From NCBI GenBank assembly GCA_964234715.1, contig OZ174281.1: a stretch of 64,000 nt of DNA; one strand, given 5' to 3'. The stretch comes from Podarcis melisellensis (taxonomy: Eukaryota). The notes under the pieces are model-generated. The model was not told the DNA's origin. It saw nothing but the letters and a program-made list of their open reading frames with translations, and did no database searches. Positions within the stretch are counted from its first letter, which is position 1; every line of letters begins with the position of its first letter. The position numbers and the translations under genes are program-made. Positions 11,700 through 23,739 of the stretch are shown here, in pieces.

Positions 11700-12780
11700 T
11701 TTACTCCAAGAAGACCCACTTATCCTAAATAGAAGCCACAAAATGTTTTGTAAAAAGATGATCCCATTGAGATCCCAAGATGAAATTTTTCAGGTAGCTC
11801 TTAGAAATATTAAATAATCAATACAATTCTTTTGGAAAGATTTCATCATTTTTTTTAATCGCTTTAAAAAATCAATTTTGTAACTTAAATTTGAAATCTA
11901 AAGTAAATCCATCATATGACATATCATATTAAAGCCCATGAAGTTCTGAAGAGGGTGGTGGTTTTAGTTTTGACGTATCTTAGTTCTTGGCTGAGCTTTT
12001 AAGGTTTTTGTGTAGTCCGTCAAGGCCCAAACTGACAATTTTTTGAAATTTCAAACCCTCATAACTCACAAACGGGATGAGATTAAAAAATTCAAATTTC
12101 AGATATAAACTTACCTGTAGTTTTGTCCAAGTGTACAAAATATTAAGAAAATTGGATGACTTGAGGTAAAAAAGTTGGATCACTAGATATGGAATGACCC
12201 GTCCAATATAATGGGTTGTAGTGTTAGTGTAGTGCCAACAACCATTTGTCAGGTTTGCAAAAGTGTCTGCAGGCATCAAAAGCTAGTCCTTTGCTCTAGT
12301 CCTTTGATCTAGAATGTCACCGAACTTCACCTCAAGTGACATTTGGAAATTTGGAGGATGTTGCTCCGGTGAAAAGTCTGAGAGATCATGAATGGAAGCC
12401 AAAATAGTTTTGAACGGACTAGTCAATTCAAATTTCCCAGTGCTTGGGTTTGGGGTCTTTAACACATACACACCCAAGCTATTTAGCAGATAATGAATGG
12501 TTCAGTTTGGCACCAGGTTGTGAGGACTCCCTGTAAAAGGTAGCTTATGACCCCAAAAGGCACAACACAGGAAATGAAATCCTTTTGTGCAATCTGTGCT
12601 GTTTCAATCTCCTGGTGTTCTGTACTCAGGCTGAGATCCATTAGTTCTGAGTTGATTTTTCCAGCCTTTTCTGTGCTCTTGAATTCAGCAGAAAACGTCA
12701 ATTAAGAGTCTGAGGATCAGTTCACGTAGCAAAATGAAAATAGCAAATTTTTAAGACACTGAGTCCGAAGGGCCCCTTTT
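11700..12780. mobile_element. Probable DNA-transposon relic, superfamily unresolved
   Basis: Composition and motif style differ from flanks (GACATATCATATTAAAGC, TTGAATTCAGCA, TGGAATGACCC) and resemble subterminal regions of cut-and-paste elements; no TIR pair or TSD confirmed. Confidence 0.4.
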
Positions 12781-13560
12781 CATGATCCTCTTTGGCAGAT
12801 TGGCTTGGACACAGCTGCAAGAAGAGCATTTGAGCACTTCTATGGAGTGCACAAACAGCTAATCCAGAGTTGGCTTTCACACAACCATCACAGCATGTGG
12901 CATCCCTGCTGGCAAGAGCTGTGAGAACAGGCCCTAATTACTCTAGGCACACATGATTTTTTGAATGGATAATTGTAATACTGAAATCAAAGGCTGTTTC
13001 CCCTCACATTGTCCTGCAAACAATCTTTCAGTGTTTTGTTTTGTTCCCTACCTGTTTTGTGTAGAGAGGGCGATTTTTCTTCAAAGACACTGTGGGGTTA
13101 TGTGGACCCTGAAGTAATAATTTGTGCTTTTCAGCACCGGAACTGCTTCGCAACGATGTGCCGATGCACTAGCAATGATAGGACGCTGTCAATCTTACAG
13201 TTTAGAACCTGGGTCTTTATGCGTGAGGGTCCTGAGACATTGCACAGAAATTATACCAATATGCATTCTCACACTTTTGCCATAAAATGAAGCATGTTCT
13301 GTCCATATGACTTTTTAGTGCTATTGTCATTCCTCTACCACCTTTAATTAGAACAATATCAAGACAATTCACAATACAACAAAACGTAAGGATGTTCTAG
13401 GGCAGGGCTAAGCCACTTGGTGCACTACAGATGTGGCTGGACCGCAAATCCCATCATTCCTAGCCATTGGCTATACTCACAATGACATCTTAAAGACCTC
13501 GCATTGGTTACCCCAGCACAAGACGACAACTGTTCTTCTCCTTGGTCTTTGAACAATAGA

Positions 13561-13786
13561 CAGTGGTACCTCAGGTTACAGATGCTTCAGGTTACAGAAG
13601 CTTCAGGTTACAGACTCCGCTAACCCATAAATAGTACCTTGTGTTAAGAACTTTGCTTCAGGGTGAGAACAGAAATCACGCGGCAGCAGCGAAAGGCCCC
13701 ATTAGCTAAAGTGGTACCTTAAGAACAGTTTCAGGTTAAGAATGCACCTCTGGAACGAATTAAGTTCTTAACCCGAGGTACCACTG
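13561..13786. mobile_element. Tc1/mariner (Tigger-like) MITE, 'GGTTACA/GGTTAAG' family
   Basis: CAGTGGTACCTCAGGTT...AACCCGAGGTACCACTG|TA. Confidence 0.92.
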
Positions 13787-14142
13787 TAGTGTTCTGCAGG
13801 GTTCAAGGCTGTTGTCCATCCTGTTTAGCATCTACCCAAAATCTTTGGGAGAGGTCATCCAGAATTTTGGGGTGTGGCATAATGAACGACTCAACTTCTT
13901 GTGAAGAGTATTTGGTAGGACATTGATGTGACACATTCTCTTATCTTCCTTGATGGAGTGAGTATGAGTAAATGATGAGAAACAATTGGCAGAAGATCCA
14001 AGGGTTTCCTATGCTTTGGGAGACAGGCAAGATTTAAGCCCAATTATATGGGCCACTGCAGATTTAGAACAGTCTAAATTTGGTCTGTTTCCATTTTGCA
14101 CATGCCTGCAATGAAGACTGGTCTGTCCCATCTCTGAGTGCA

Positions 14143-14389
14143 CATGCATGACTAAACTGCTTTTGGAGCAATGGAACACTGTGATGGAAGCCAGAGCACA
14201 TGGAAATTTACCTTCCCTCTACAGCAGTACCTATTTATCTACTTGCAGTGGTATGCTTTCAAACTGCTAGGTTGGCAGGAGCTGGGACAAGGCAACAGGA
14301 ACTCACTCCATCATGCGGATTCAAACTACTGACCTTATGGTCAGCAAGCTCAAGAGGCTAGGTTTAGACCACAGTGCCACCCGCATCCC
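14143..14389 (-). mobile_element. Sauria SINE, partial and diverged
   Basis: CCTATTTATCTACTTGC..CTGCTAGGTTGGCAGGAGCTGGGAC..GACCACAGTGCCACCCGCATCCC. Confidence 0.85.
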
Positions 14390-15883
14390 TGCAATGAATA
14401 GTGGGCTGTAATAATGTAAATACTGTAAAAAAAACAAAACAAAAGAACAAATGTAGTAATGCCTTCCCCTCTGCCATATGTCAAGTAGCAACTATCAGTG
14501 TTGTAAAGACTTACATTTTTGCCCAGGCACTCCCTGACCCATAAGATTGGAGTCTGTTTTATGTGTATGGTTCCCCCGAATCCCCAATTTATTTGCTCTT
14601 ATATGTTTTTATAGAGTCGTTTTATTGGTTTTAGGTTATATTCTTGCCTTAATGGATTCTGTTTTTTATATTGCACATAGTGCACACTGCTTTTAGATTT
14701 TTGAAATATTAAACAGTTTAGAAATGCTTTTCAATAAGTAATAATAATAAACTCATGAGAGCAAAAAAAGATTTAAAACACCCTTTTCTACACTCATAAA
14801 TTGAACAGAAATCTCCCTACGTAAGGGTTACTACAAATACCTAAACTAAATCAATGAAAGCCGCAACAATCAAATGAGTTAGCAGATGGTCCCAAGAGGA
14901 ACTTGAACCTTGGCAGTAACTGTACCCCTACAGGGAAGGAGGTCTAGAGACAGGGTGCTACCTATGGAGAACAAGAGTCTTAATGCTGGTGAATACCTGT
15001 TCCTATTCAATATCACACAGCTATGGACATCCTTTTTCTTTCCTTGCTTCCAAAAGCTGCTTCACATTTTCTGCAGACAGTGGTTATTTATCTGTATATC
15101 ATGTGTATCCTCATGGTAGTCTACATTACCTGTGTTGGCCAGATAGTTCCCTGTTCCCTGGAGAAACGCCATGGAGTTTGATGGCCCAAGGTGGGGGAAA
15201 ATATAGGAAGCAACAACATGTAGCATTCCCCATCAGAAAATGCCCTCAAAGAAGGCACGAGTCATGCATACAGCTTCTAGATATGCTGCCAAAATGGAAA
15301 GTAACTCATCATTCATCCTCCAGCATGCTTGAACCTCGAAGTATAGAGAAGTTGTACAATGCATGCATTTTTCTTCTGAATCTTAACTGCGTAAACAAGT
15401 TGCACAAACCATAGGCACCTTATCTCATTTTGATTCGGATAGCTCTGTTGCGTACCTATGATGACTAAGCTTTTCTGTATTACTACTACTAAACAGGCAT
15501 TCTGTATTCTGTCACTCTTTTGTCCCTGGGATGGACAGACTTCAGGCTTTTTCACCCAAGATCTACCAAAAAGAGTGTATGGGGTAGTTCCTCTGGTGGG
15601 GGAAGCGTCGTGCTCCTTCTGGGGTAGTTTGTCCACTTTTGGACCCCACACTGCACTCAGATCTCACTTGTGGTCCCTAGAAGCTGGTAGTATGTGACAG
15701 CGGCCACATCCAGGGAATGGCTTTGACTGGTTGGCTAAGCCAGGTGAAGGTACCCGGTGGTCTAAAACTCTTGGTGAGTTAGGGATTTCCCCTGCATGTG
15801 AAGACAGGCTCCATCAGATTGAGTGGATGACATTAATAGTGGGTACAATGGTCCATTAGGATGTTTTTGCACATGCTGTAGAG

Positions 15884-16223
15884 CAGTGATGGCCAAACTT
15901 AGCCCTCCAGCTGTTTTGGGACTACAACTCTTATCATCCCTAGTTAACAGGATTGGATTTGGATTGGATTGATCTTTATTACGGCCATTGGCCCGTTACA
16001 CGACAGTTTCCCATACCAACATATTATACTTAAACCTCCAAATTTAAAATCGCCAAAACTTACAAAAGACAAACAGTAACCGAAGCAAAACAAAAGCAAA
16101 AACCACCATCATACATTACAATAAATTTGTAACCTATACATCGCTAGTTAACAGGACCAGTGGTCAGGGATGATGGGAATTGTAGTCCCAAAACAGCTGG
16201 AGGGCCATGTTTGACCATCACTG
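15884..16223. mobile_element. hAT MITE (URR1-like, GGACTACAA.TCCCATCATCCC family) with internal insertion
   Basis: TIR CAGTGATGGCCAAAC / GTTTGACCATCACTG; exact 8-bp TSD CTGTAGAG (15876-15883, 16224-16231). Confidence 0.92.
15953..16143 (-). mobile_element. 5'-truncated non-LTR retrotransposon 3' tail (RTEX/Rex1-like)
   Basis: Reverse strand ends GGGCCAATGGCCG-TAATAAA-GATC(AATCC)n; 13-bp TSD CTAGTTAACAGGA (15940-15952, 16144-16156). Confidence 0.75.
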
Positions 16224-17377
16224 CTGTAGAGGGAAGTGAGGGGCAGATGGTAGCCTATGAGGGAAAAGGGAAAATCTGAGCCTAAACCTCCACTGCCTTG
16301 TAGTATATCTTCAGGAAAAGAAAAGGCTAAGAAGTAAACCTTGCACAAATCCAGAGCAGAGTCCCTAAGATGGTTGGATGGCCTTTTGTAGGCCTCCTTC
16401 TGGCAACTTCTGCAGCCAAGCTGGTGCCAAATGCATTGCTCTGCTTTCCTGTGGACCACAACAGTGAGGCCAAGAGAGGGGTGTGTCTTGTAGTCTGGGA
16501 AACCCAGGACCCCAGGGAGTTCCCACAGCTACTGCTAACTCAGCGGTTTGACTTCACCCATGGAGGTGCACTCCATTGTCTCTTGAGACTGGCAGATGCC
16601 AACACGGACCAAAGAGAGCCAAATGCAAACATTAAGATGAAGGAAAGGGGTGCATCTGAGTATATGCTGAACCTACAGTTACTTTTTTAGTATCGGAACT
16701 GAGCTGAACTCCCAGACCTATCGCACAGAAAACCAATCCTAGTTAGCTTTCTTCAGTTCAGCAGCCTAATTTGTGTGTGGGGTGTGTGTTTTGTTTCTGA
16801 TATTGTTAAAGCAATGGGAATCAAAAACTTTTGAGCATCTGCTGAAAATCACCCTGAGATCCTGATCTGCCTTCTGCCCAGGTAACATACTGGTTAAGGT
16901 AAACTTTTGAAGAGTAGACCACTGCCAACTATCTCTCTCTTTTCTGCTCTCCCTTTCTCAGAAAAAGAAAAGTAGGGAGAGAAAGAGACAGAAAGAATGA
17001 GAGGGATAATGTTCTTTCTTGCATGTAAGCAGGTCATTTCCTTGACCTCTAAACAATGCATATTTTTTTAAAAACTGGGTGATAAAATGGAATTGCTGAG
17101 ATAAAGGGCAAAATGGAGGTGGCTGGGTTTTGTTGTTGTTGAAAGGATGCAAAATACAAAAGTGTTGAAAGTCTAGACCATGAAAAGATTTGAATAGAAG
17201 CAAATACTTGAATGTGATCATTTGAGAAGTATTTTTAAAAAGCATTCTCTGTGCAGGTATTGTGTACATATTTTTGCAATTAGGGGAAAAATCTCTTTAC
17301 ATATTTAGCAGTGTTTACAATAGAGGGGGGAGAAAGGGTGGCAAATGCTTCAGGGTAAACCTGGTTCTCTAAACTGG

Positions 17378-17490
17378 CTTTTGTTGTGCCAATGCAAATC
17401 ACTTAATAATTCATATTTCAGAATACATTAATGCAAATGATAATTTTAGCGAGCGCTTGAATTTTAAGTATGCCATTCAACCCCTTTGTA
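17378..17490. promoter_or_regulatory. Candidate POU/Sox enhancer module
   Basis: Two exact octamers ATGCAAAT (17392-17399, 17431-17438), TAAT cores and CTTTGT-like Sox motifs in non-repetitive DNA. Confidence 0.3.
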
Positions 17491-17674
17491 TTTCTGTTTG
17501 GGCTTTTCAGGTTCAAATGTTTTGAGCATTATCAACATTTTTTATAGAACTGTACACAAATGGCCCAGTTGAGGGAAAGGATTAAGGGGCTCCTTTCCTA
17601 CGGGCCAGATTTAACTAAATAGCTGTGCTAGCAGAAGTCTGTGCAATGAGTCATTCTGAAGGACCCTCTTATCC

Positions 17675-17990
17675 TAGGGTTACCAGATGTCCCCGTTTCC
17701 TGGGGACAGTCCCCGGATTTGTGAATCTGTCCCTGGACAAATTCCATACCCGGAATGTCCTTGGATTTCATCTAAGGCCCCCAGGAAACATGGCAGTGGC
17801 AGCAGCAGTCTCAGCAGCCCGGAGCCAGCCTGGTAGCGCAGTTGGCTCTGGTTGGCTTCAGGAGCTGCTCACTGCCATGGCGCCCACCATTTTGCTTCGC
17901 TGGAAGTCCCCATATGATGGTGGTGCAGGGGCTCTAAGATGCAGCTTCCGGTCTGCCTCCACCTTCCCTGACCCCAGCAACTAAGTTGTG
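17675..17990. mobile_element. hAT-like element 5' end with GC-rich interior
   Basis: TAGGGTTACCAGATGTCCCCG terminus with repeated GTCCC subterminal motifs; right end not identified. Confidence 0.55.
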
Positions 17991-18408
17991 AAGGGAGGCT
18001 TCATGCTGCCTATCCGAGCAGCCCTGATCCCAACTCCTACTTGCGTGCAAGCAGGAGCGAGGCGGGGATATCTCAGCTGTGAAGGGAAGCTTCACGCTGC
18101 CTATCGGAGCACTCAAGCAGCTATCCCATGCCTGGGAGGGCACCCTCCGTGCCACGCCACGCCCCCCTCGGGAACTCACCTGTCCTGGGCAGTGTGGGCA
18201 TATGTTCCACCACTGGGTAGCAGAGACTCACCTTACTAGGTGCCTGAGTGAGCTGATGACTGGTAGTTCTGGTAGCAGCCACAGGGTTAACAGCCAATCA
18301 TGTGGTGAGCATCGGGCAGGAGGTGGGGAGAGCATCACTTGACCTCATCTGCTGCGTTAGGGAGGAAGCTGATCAGGACAATGGTCCATCTTAGGCCAAG
18401 ATCCTGTG

Positions 18409-18444
18409 TGGCTAACCACTTGCCTATGGCTAACCACTTGCCTA
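18409..18444. repeat. 18-bp tandem duplication
   Basis: TGGCTAACCACTTGCCTA x2. Confidence 0.85.
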
Positions 18445-19244
18445 TGGGAAACGCTCAAGCAGGACCTGAGCACAAGAGCAGTCTCCCTTCCTGCAACTGC
18501 TATTCAGACACATTACTGCTCTCCCTCCACAGTCAGAGCACACCCATCGTGGCTACTACATTGCCAGCATGCTGCCTTGCCCCCACAATTGAGGGGACCA
18601 GTGCCATGCAACGTGCGCAAGTGATGTCACCATGTACACAACGTGCCGGTATCATGCGCACACGGCGTGCGGCATGCTTGTGCTGTGCATGCACATCATG
18701 CAACGTGCTGGTATCAGTTGGGCACGTTGCACGACATGTTGCCATGCGCAATGCCACAGGCATGCCACACAGGCTGTGCGATTAAGGTGAGCATGTTGTG
18801 CAGTATGTGGGCACAGCTGCTGTGGATTTTGGGGGAGCCCTGCCCCCTCCCCCAGATGGCACCTAGGGTGCATTGTAACCCCTACATTGGACACAGTGGG
18901 TATTACTTCTGAGGAAACCTGCCCAGGGTTTTTCCATCAATCTCCCCAAAGTGAACCTTTTCCCACTTTAAAGAAACAGTTGCACTCACTCATTTTAAGG
19001 AAATCCATTTAAAAGAAAATGGCAAGCAAATAAATAGATAACAAAGAAATGAAAACAATTTGTTATAAATGGATATTGCAACCTGGGGACATAAGTACGT
19101 CTGGCTGTTGGAGCATGTATCTTTCGCCTTTAAAACATTGCTAAGCGCATAAAACTTTTCACAACGGTGTTGTATTGGTCAATGCATCGCTGTAAGAAGG
19201 TGCTTTGTATCTCGGAGGTAGCATAAGAGCCATTAGATGTGGGT

Positions 19245-19258
19245 GTTGCTATGGTAAC
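19245..19258. promoter_or_regulatory. RFX X-box motif
   Basis: GTTGCTATGGTAAC matches the palindromic X-box consensus GTTGCYATGGYAAC. Confidence 0.4.
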
Positions 19259-20131
19259 TGCTCTTTTTTTTAATTGAATAGCATAGTAAGTAGTCTTGTA
19301 AAACCCACCAACCCAGAACTTGCAAGTGCCCGAAGGCAGCTTTAATTCAAGCACCTTCTCTTCTTTTTGTCTTTCTTTTTCATTCTTTCAGATGTTCTGA
19401 AGCTTTCCAGACACCTTGAAAAAAAGAAAAGAAAAGAAAGCTACTTGCTTTTGAGGCCATCTGACATTGAAATCTCTGCCCTGCTGCCTTGAACACAGGG
19501 CTGGCGCCGCAGAGGATGAATGAGGAAAGAGTCCTGTTTTCCCCAACATCACTAAGATGAAATTGTTCAGGGCTACAAAGGATTCCCAAACTCTCACCGT
19601 TTTAGCTTGTCACTTATTTTAAAGGTTTTCTAACATTTTTTTTAAAAAAAACAACAACAATAGCCAACCTTCCTTTCTTCTTTTCTGGCTTTTACAAGAG
19701 CAGTTACAGAGGTTTGTTCGTTCGTACTTTCCACTGGATCAGCATTTCCCCAGTTCAGAGGCACAATAGCATTCTCATCCAGTTCACAGGATTAGACATC
19801 TTTATGAAACAGCCCAAGGGGTCAGCCCAGCTCTGGATTGAGCCGAGGATTCATTACTTGGAAAGTCAAGGCATAACTAGAAGTCAAGTCGATGATGTGA
19901 TTAGCAGTCGCATGGGAGGTTTTTAAAACTTAAATTGGAGACTTCGACAGAGGCCAGTATTGCCACCATGCAGGGAAGATGGACCAAAAGTCCTCTTGCA
20001 CCATAATTAGGCTACTAATGGGAGTTTTTTCCTTAATGCCAATCACCATATGAGGCTGATTTTTACTAAGATTACCAATGAGAAGGGGAGGTTTAAACCT
20101 GTTCTCTCCACAGGCCAATAACACCACCACC

Positions 20132-20459
20132 CAGTGGCATAGCATGGTTTGCCAGTGCCCAGGGCCACACAGAGGAGGTAGGTGGGAAATGGATGGAATA
20201 CTCATGTGCATTCAACTACCTAAAAGCGTCTACATCACCCAAGAGATCACAGCCACAGAGGTAAGAAAAGAAGAGTAGTTCCATTCTCTGTAGAGGCCAC
20301 TTCCTGATTCACATGGAGAAACCATTTTCAATAAAGTCCAGCAACAGAAGCGTACAGCTGTATTGAGGCAGCACCAGGTGTTGAAATTTTGCTGCTCCTA
20401 ACAATTTTGCACCTGGGGCAACAGCCCCTGCTTGCCCCCCCCCCCATGCTATGCCACTG
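20132..20459. mobile_element. hAT MITE
   Basis: 16-bp perfect TIR CAGTGGCATAGCATGG / CCATGCTATGCCACTG; imperfect 8-bp TSD CCACCACC / CACCCACC. Confidence 0.8.
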
Positions 20460-21849
20460 CACCCACCCACACAGCCCCACACAGAATTTTATTTCTTTTA
20501 AACCTGTGGCAAGATTGCTAATAGCATCTTTAATGTCATAGGTAGCTATGCCTTAAGGTCCAGTCCCATGCACCAGAGCCTGGAGATCTTAGAGATGCTG
20601 CTCAGCTGGGAAGGGGCACCAGGAAAGCAGGGGTGGGGGAGCTCAAGGGCCGCATTCTCCCCTGGGCAGTCTTCCAGGGGCCACATGGCAGTGGTGGGTG
20701 GGATCACAGGCAAAACTGGGCCAAACAATGAATGTAAATTTTGCTTTGGTACTGCAGGCTAATTTTGTCACACACCCCTCTCTGTTCTCCAGGCAGGGAA
20801 GGAAGAGGTATTAAAGACACATCCCAGCCAGGGGGAAACAGGCATGAAGGCGAGACTGTTCAGGGTGCGGCCTTAGAAGAGAGGGAGAGAGTTCTGCGAG
20901 CCAGAGAGAGAGGCATCTGGTCTGAGGTTCCCTGTTCCTGCAGTGGAAGGTGGGCAGACAAGAATTGCCCTGTCTAGAAAGGGCACCACCAGCAGTAGTA
21001 AAGGTTGGGACGACAGGAATTGCCCCAGATAAGAAGCACAGTAGCATTGACAGCTGTAGAGGCTGGAAGGATGTGCCATCTCTCTCCCCCCCCCCCCGAA
21101 AAAAAGAACTTTTGGCACCACAGATTTGAGCGATTTAGTTTGCTTGAAATTCAGGGCACAGCAGACTAGCCAAATGTCGCTGTTCTTTTTTAAAACAGTA
21201 ATGGCTTGTTAACAGCCTAAATACAAAGGCAGTCCACCTTTCTTCAGAACGACTCCTATGCAGATCGAGCCAATTAATTGATTAAAATGCATGTGATTAA
21301 TTGTCTAGAATGTCCTTAACCAGGCGCCAGCCTTAATAGTGAGGCAACCTATGTAGCTGCCCAGCTTGATTATCAAATATTTGGCTGACTAGAGAGTTGT
21401 CTGAAGCCTTGGCTGTGGTTCATATATTGCAGCTGGTGCCCATTGTCTGGTGGGCAGAGTGCAAGGCCCCTACCAAGCCTGCAGAAGGCACTTAAAGGAA
21501 CTGTGAGTCCACCAGTGCCAGCAACACAGGGAGCAGAGCTGGAATTATCTGCTTCCTCCCTGTATCTGAACTTAGCAATGGTCCATCTGACCATTAGCTT
21601 GAGCGCACGGACGCTCAAAGTGTGGAGGGAAGCAAGGGCATCCATGCAGACTCCCGTGTCCTTGTGTGCATCCCTCACAAATCCTCTGTGGAGCATGTTG
21701 AAGGTCTGCGTGGGGATTCCACCTGGAATACAGGTTGGACCCTCTACAAACAGAAGTAGACAGCTCATGCAAACCATTCCCACAGAACAAATACAGCTGA
21801 CACCTGAGTTGAGCAGGAGCAATGCGCATGAGGCCACTGGGAGCATGGC

Positions 21850-22325
21850 TTGCAGAAGGCATTATCGGTAATGGCGCACACCCTGTGGAATGCCCACCCA
21901 TCATATATCAAGGAGATGAGCAACTCTATAACCTTTAGAAGACATCTAAAGGCAACCCTGTATAGGGAAGCTTTTGAATGTTTAATGTTTTTACAGTGGA
22001 CCCTAAAGATACAAACTTAATCCGTTCTGGAGGTCTGTACATACCCTGAAAGGTCCGCATCTAGAGGCGCCACTTCTGCACATGCATGCGACGTGATAGA
22101 GCTCTTCTGCACATGTATGAAGCGTGCAGAGCTCTTCTGAGCATGCATGCATGGCGAAACCCGGAAGTGTACACTTCAGGGTTTGTCATGTTTGCAGCCT
22201 GAAAGTTACATTACCTGAAGGTAACATAACCCAAGGGTTCTGCTGTATATGTTTGAAGCCTCTCAGAGCGACTGGGGCAACCCAGTCAGATGGATAGGGT
22301 ACAAACTAATGATGGTGATGATGAT
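21850..22325 (+). mobile_element. L2 3' end interrupted by a MITE
   Basis: GGCATTATCGGTAATGGCGCACACCCTGTGGAATGCCC..AGAAGACATCTAAAGGCAACCCTGTATAGGGAAG..; resumes GAAGCC..CAGAGCGACTGGGGCAACCCAGTCAGATGG, (GAT)n tail. Confidence 0.8.
21994..22245. mobile_element. Tc1/mariner (Tigger-like) MITE, third family
   Basis: TA|CAGTGGACCCT...AAGGGTTCTGCTG|TA; internal TGCGCATG-like repeats. Confidence 0.75.
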
Positions 22326-23546
22326 GCACCTCCACCTGTGTCCACTCTTTGAGCACTGGTGTGTTTGAGCAAATAATGAAACATGCATTATATCTGTATT
22401 GTTATGCGTTCCCCAGTTTCTCATACAAGGGAGATGTTCAAGGGGCTATCCAGTTTGGCTTCCTTTGAAGGAGAGGTCACATGGCACATACTCCGCAACT
22501 GCCCCGATTTTGCTGGGGCGTCCTGATTTCAAGGCTTTGTTCCGCCTCACAGCATTGCCCTGCCAGCGAGTGAGAGTGGCGGCAGCCAGAGATCGTGGAG
22601 GCCACAGGGGCCTGAGGCTCACTTGCTGTCTGCGTGGTGGACTGGTAGGTGCTTCAGATCCGATCCACATGGATCCTGCCTCTCTGCCTCTTGCAACATG
22701 GCAGCCAACTCCGAGATTGGCCGTGAAGTCCAATGATGTCATTTGCCAGGGAGCCACTGGGAGCCGGAGGCAGAGAGACAAGAGGTGGGGGCATGGGCCT
22801 TAAAGATCCGCAGTGCAGATTGGAGCCAGTAGAGGTGGTGGGTGAGTCTTGAGCAGCTAGCAGGATTGAGGAGAGGTTGGAGGGGAAGGGAAGGAGGGCT
22901 GCTGCCCAGCTTAAGGTCCTACCTGGTAATATGGTGGGAGTAGCTCCTCTGAGCATGTACAGAGTGCACACATGTGTATTTCCACCACCACACTTTCCCC
23001 TCAGCCAGAAACACCTTGTGTTCCTCAGATGAAAATTGCTTTGGACAAAAACTATAGTGATCTAGTGTGTGTGATGTTACAATAGCCTCCTCCCAAAAAC
23101 ACACACACACACACACACCCCACTATCTCCATGTTGGTTTGTTTTCTGTTTGGGAAAGAAACCATAAATATTCTTATGCAGTCAGAGGAGTGTGATTATT
23201 CCCTTTTTACTTATATTGGCTGTGGGAGGGGGGGAAGGAGGGGTGGAATGCCTGAGGTACACGTAAAGATGTCTTCTCCAGTACAGCCTCTTGCTCTCCC
23301 CACTTCCCCAAGTCTTTGCTAAGGCATTCTGAGCAGTCCTTTCATTCAAATCACAAATTTAATGCAAAAGAAAGGTCACTCCTACTTGAATTCCGGGACA
23401 CTTTCCTTCGCATTTTCGCTCACAGTGACCTCACCTTTTGAATCACTAGAGATGCGCTTGGATTGACTTTGAACTTCTCATTCTTTTCCATTTTCTTTTT
23501 TAGGGAGGACTGACAACACATTTTTAAAAAGGGGTTTTATAAAGAG

Positions 23547-23628
23547 AGCTGTGGTAAAGTGAAGAACCATGTCACAACCCAAACCTTAGCTGTGGTAAAG
23601 TGAGGAACCATGTCACAACCCAAACCTT
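23547..23628. repeat. 41-bp tandem duplication
   Basis: AGCTGTGGTAAAGTGA(A/G)GAACCATGTCACAACCCAAACCTT x2, one mismatch. Confidence 0.95.
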
Positions 23629-23685
23629 TGCATTTTATCAAGGAATGATGGTGTTGCCACTTCCAGATCTACAAATGAAGATGCC

Positions 23686-23739
23686 TTTTTCTTTTCTTTT
23701 CTTTTCTTTTCTTTTCTCTTCTCTTCTCTTTTCTTTTCT
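23686..23739. repeat. (CTTTT)n/(CTCTT)n microsatellite
   Basis: Pentanucleotide repeat seen directly. Confidence 0.9.

Larger units (their letters stand above)
15690..16605 (-). mobile_element. Probable RTE-clade LINE 5' region or RTE-related SINE, interrupted by a hAT MITE
   Basis: Reverse strand starts TTGGCATCTGCCAGTCTCAAGAGACAATGGAGTGCACCTCC..GTGAAGTCAAACCGCTG; sequence continues across the 15884-16223 insertion; family call by recognition only. Confidence 0.45.

Noticed and set aside
13129-13150. RE1/REST-like TTCAGCACC
   Set aside because: Right half-site GGACAG is absent
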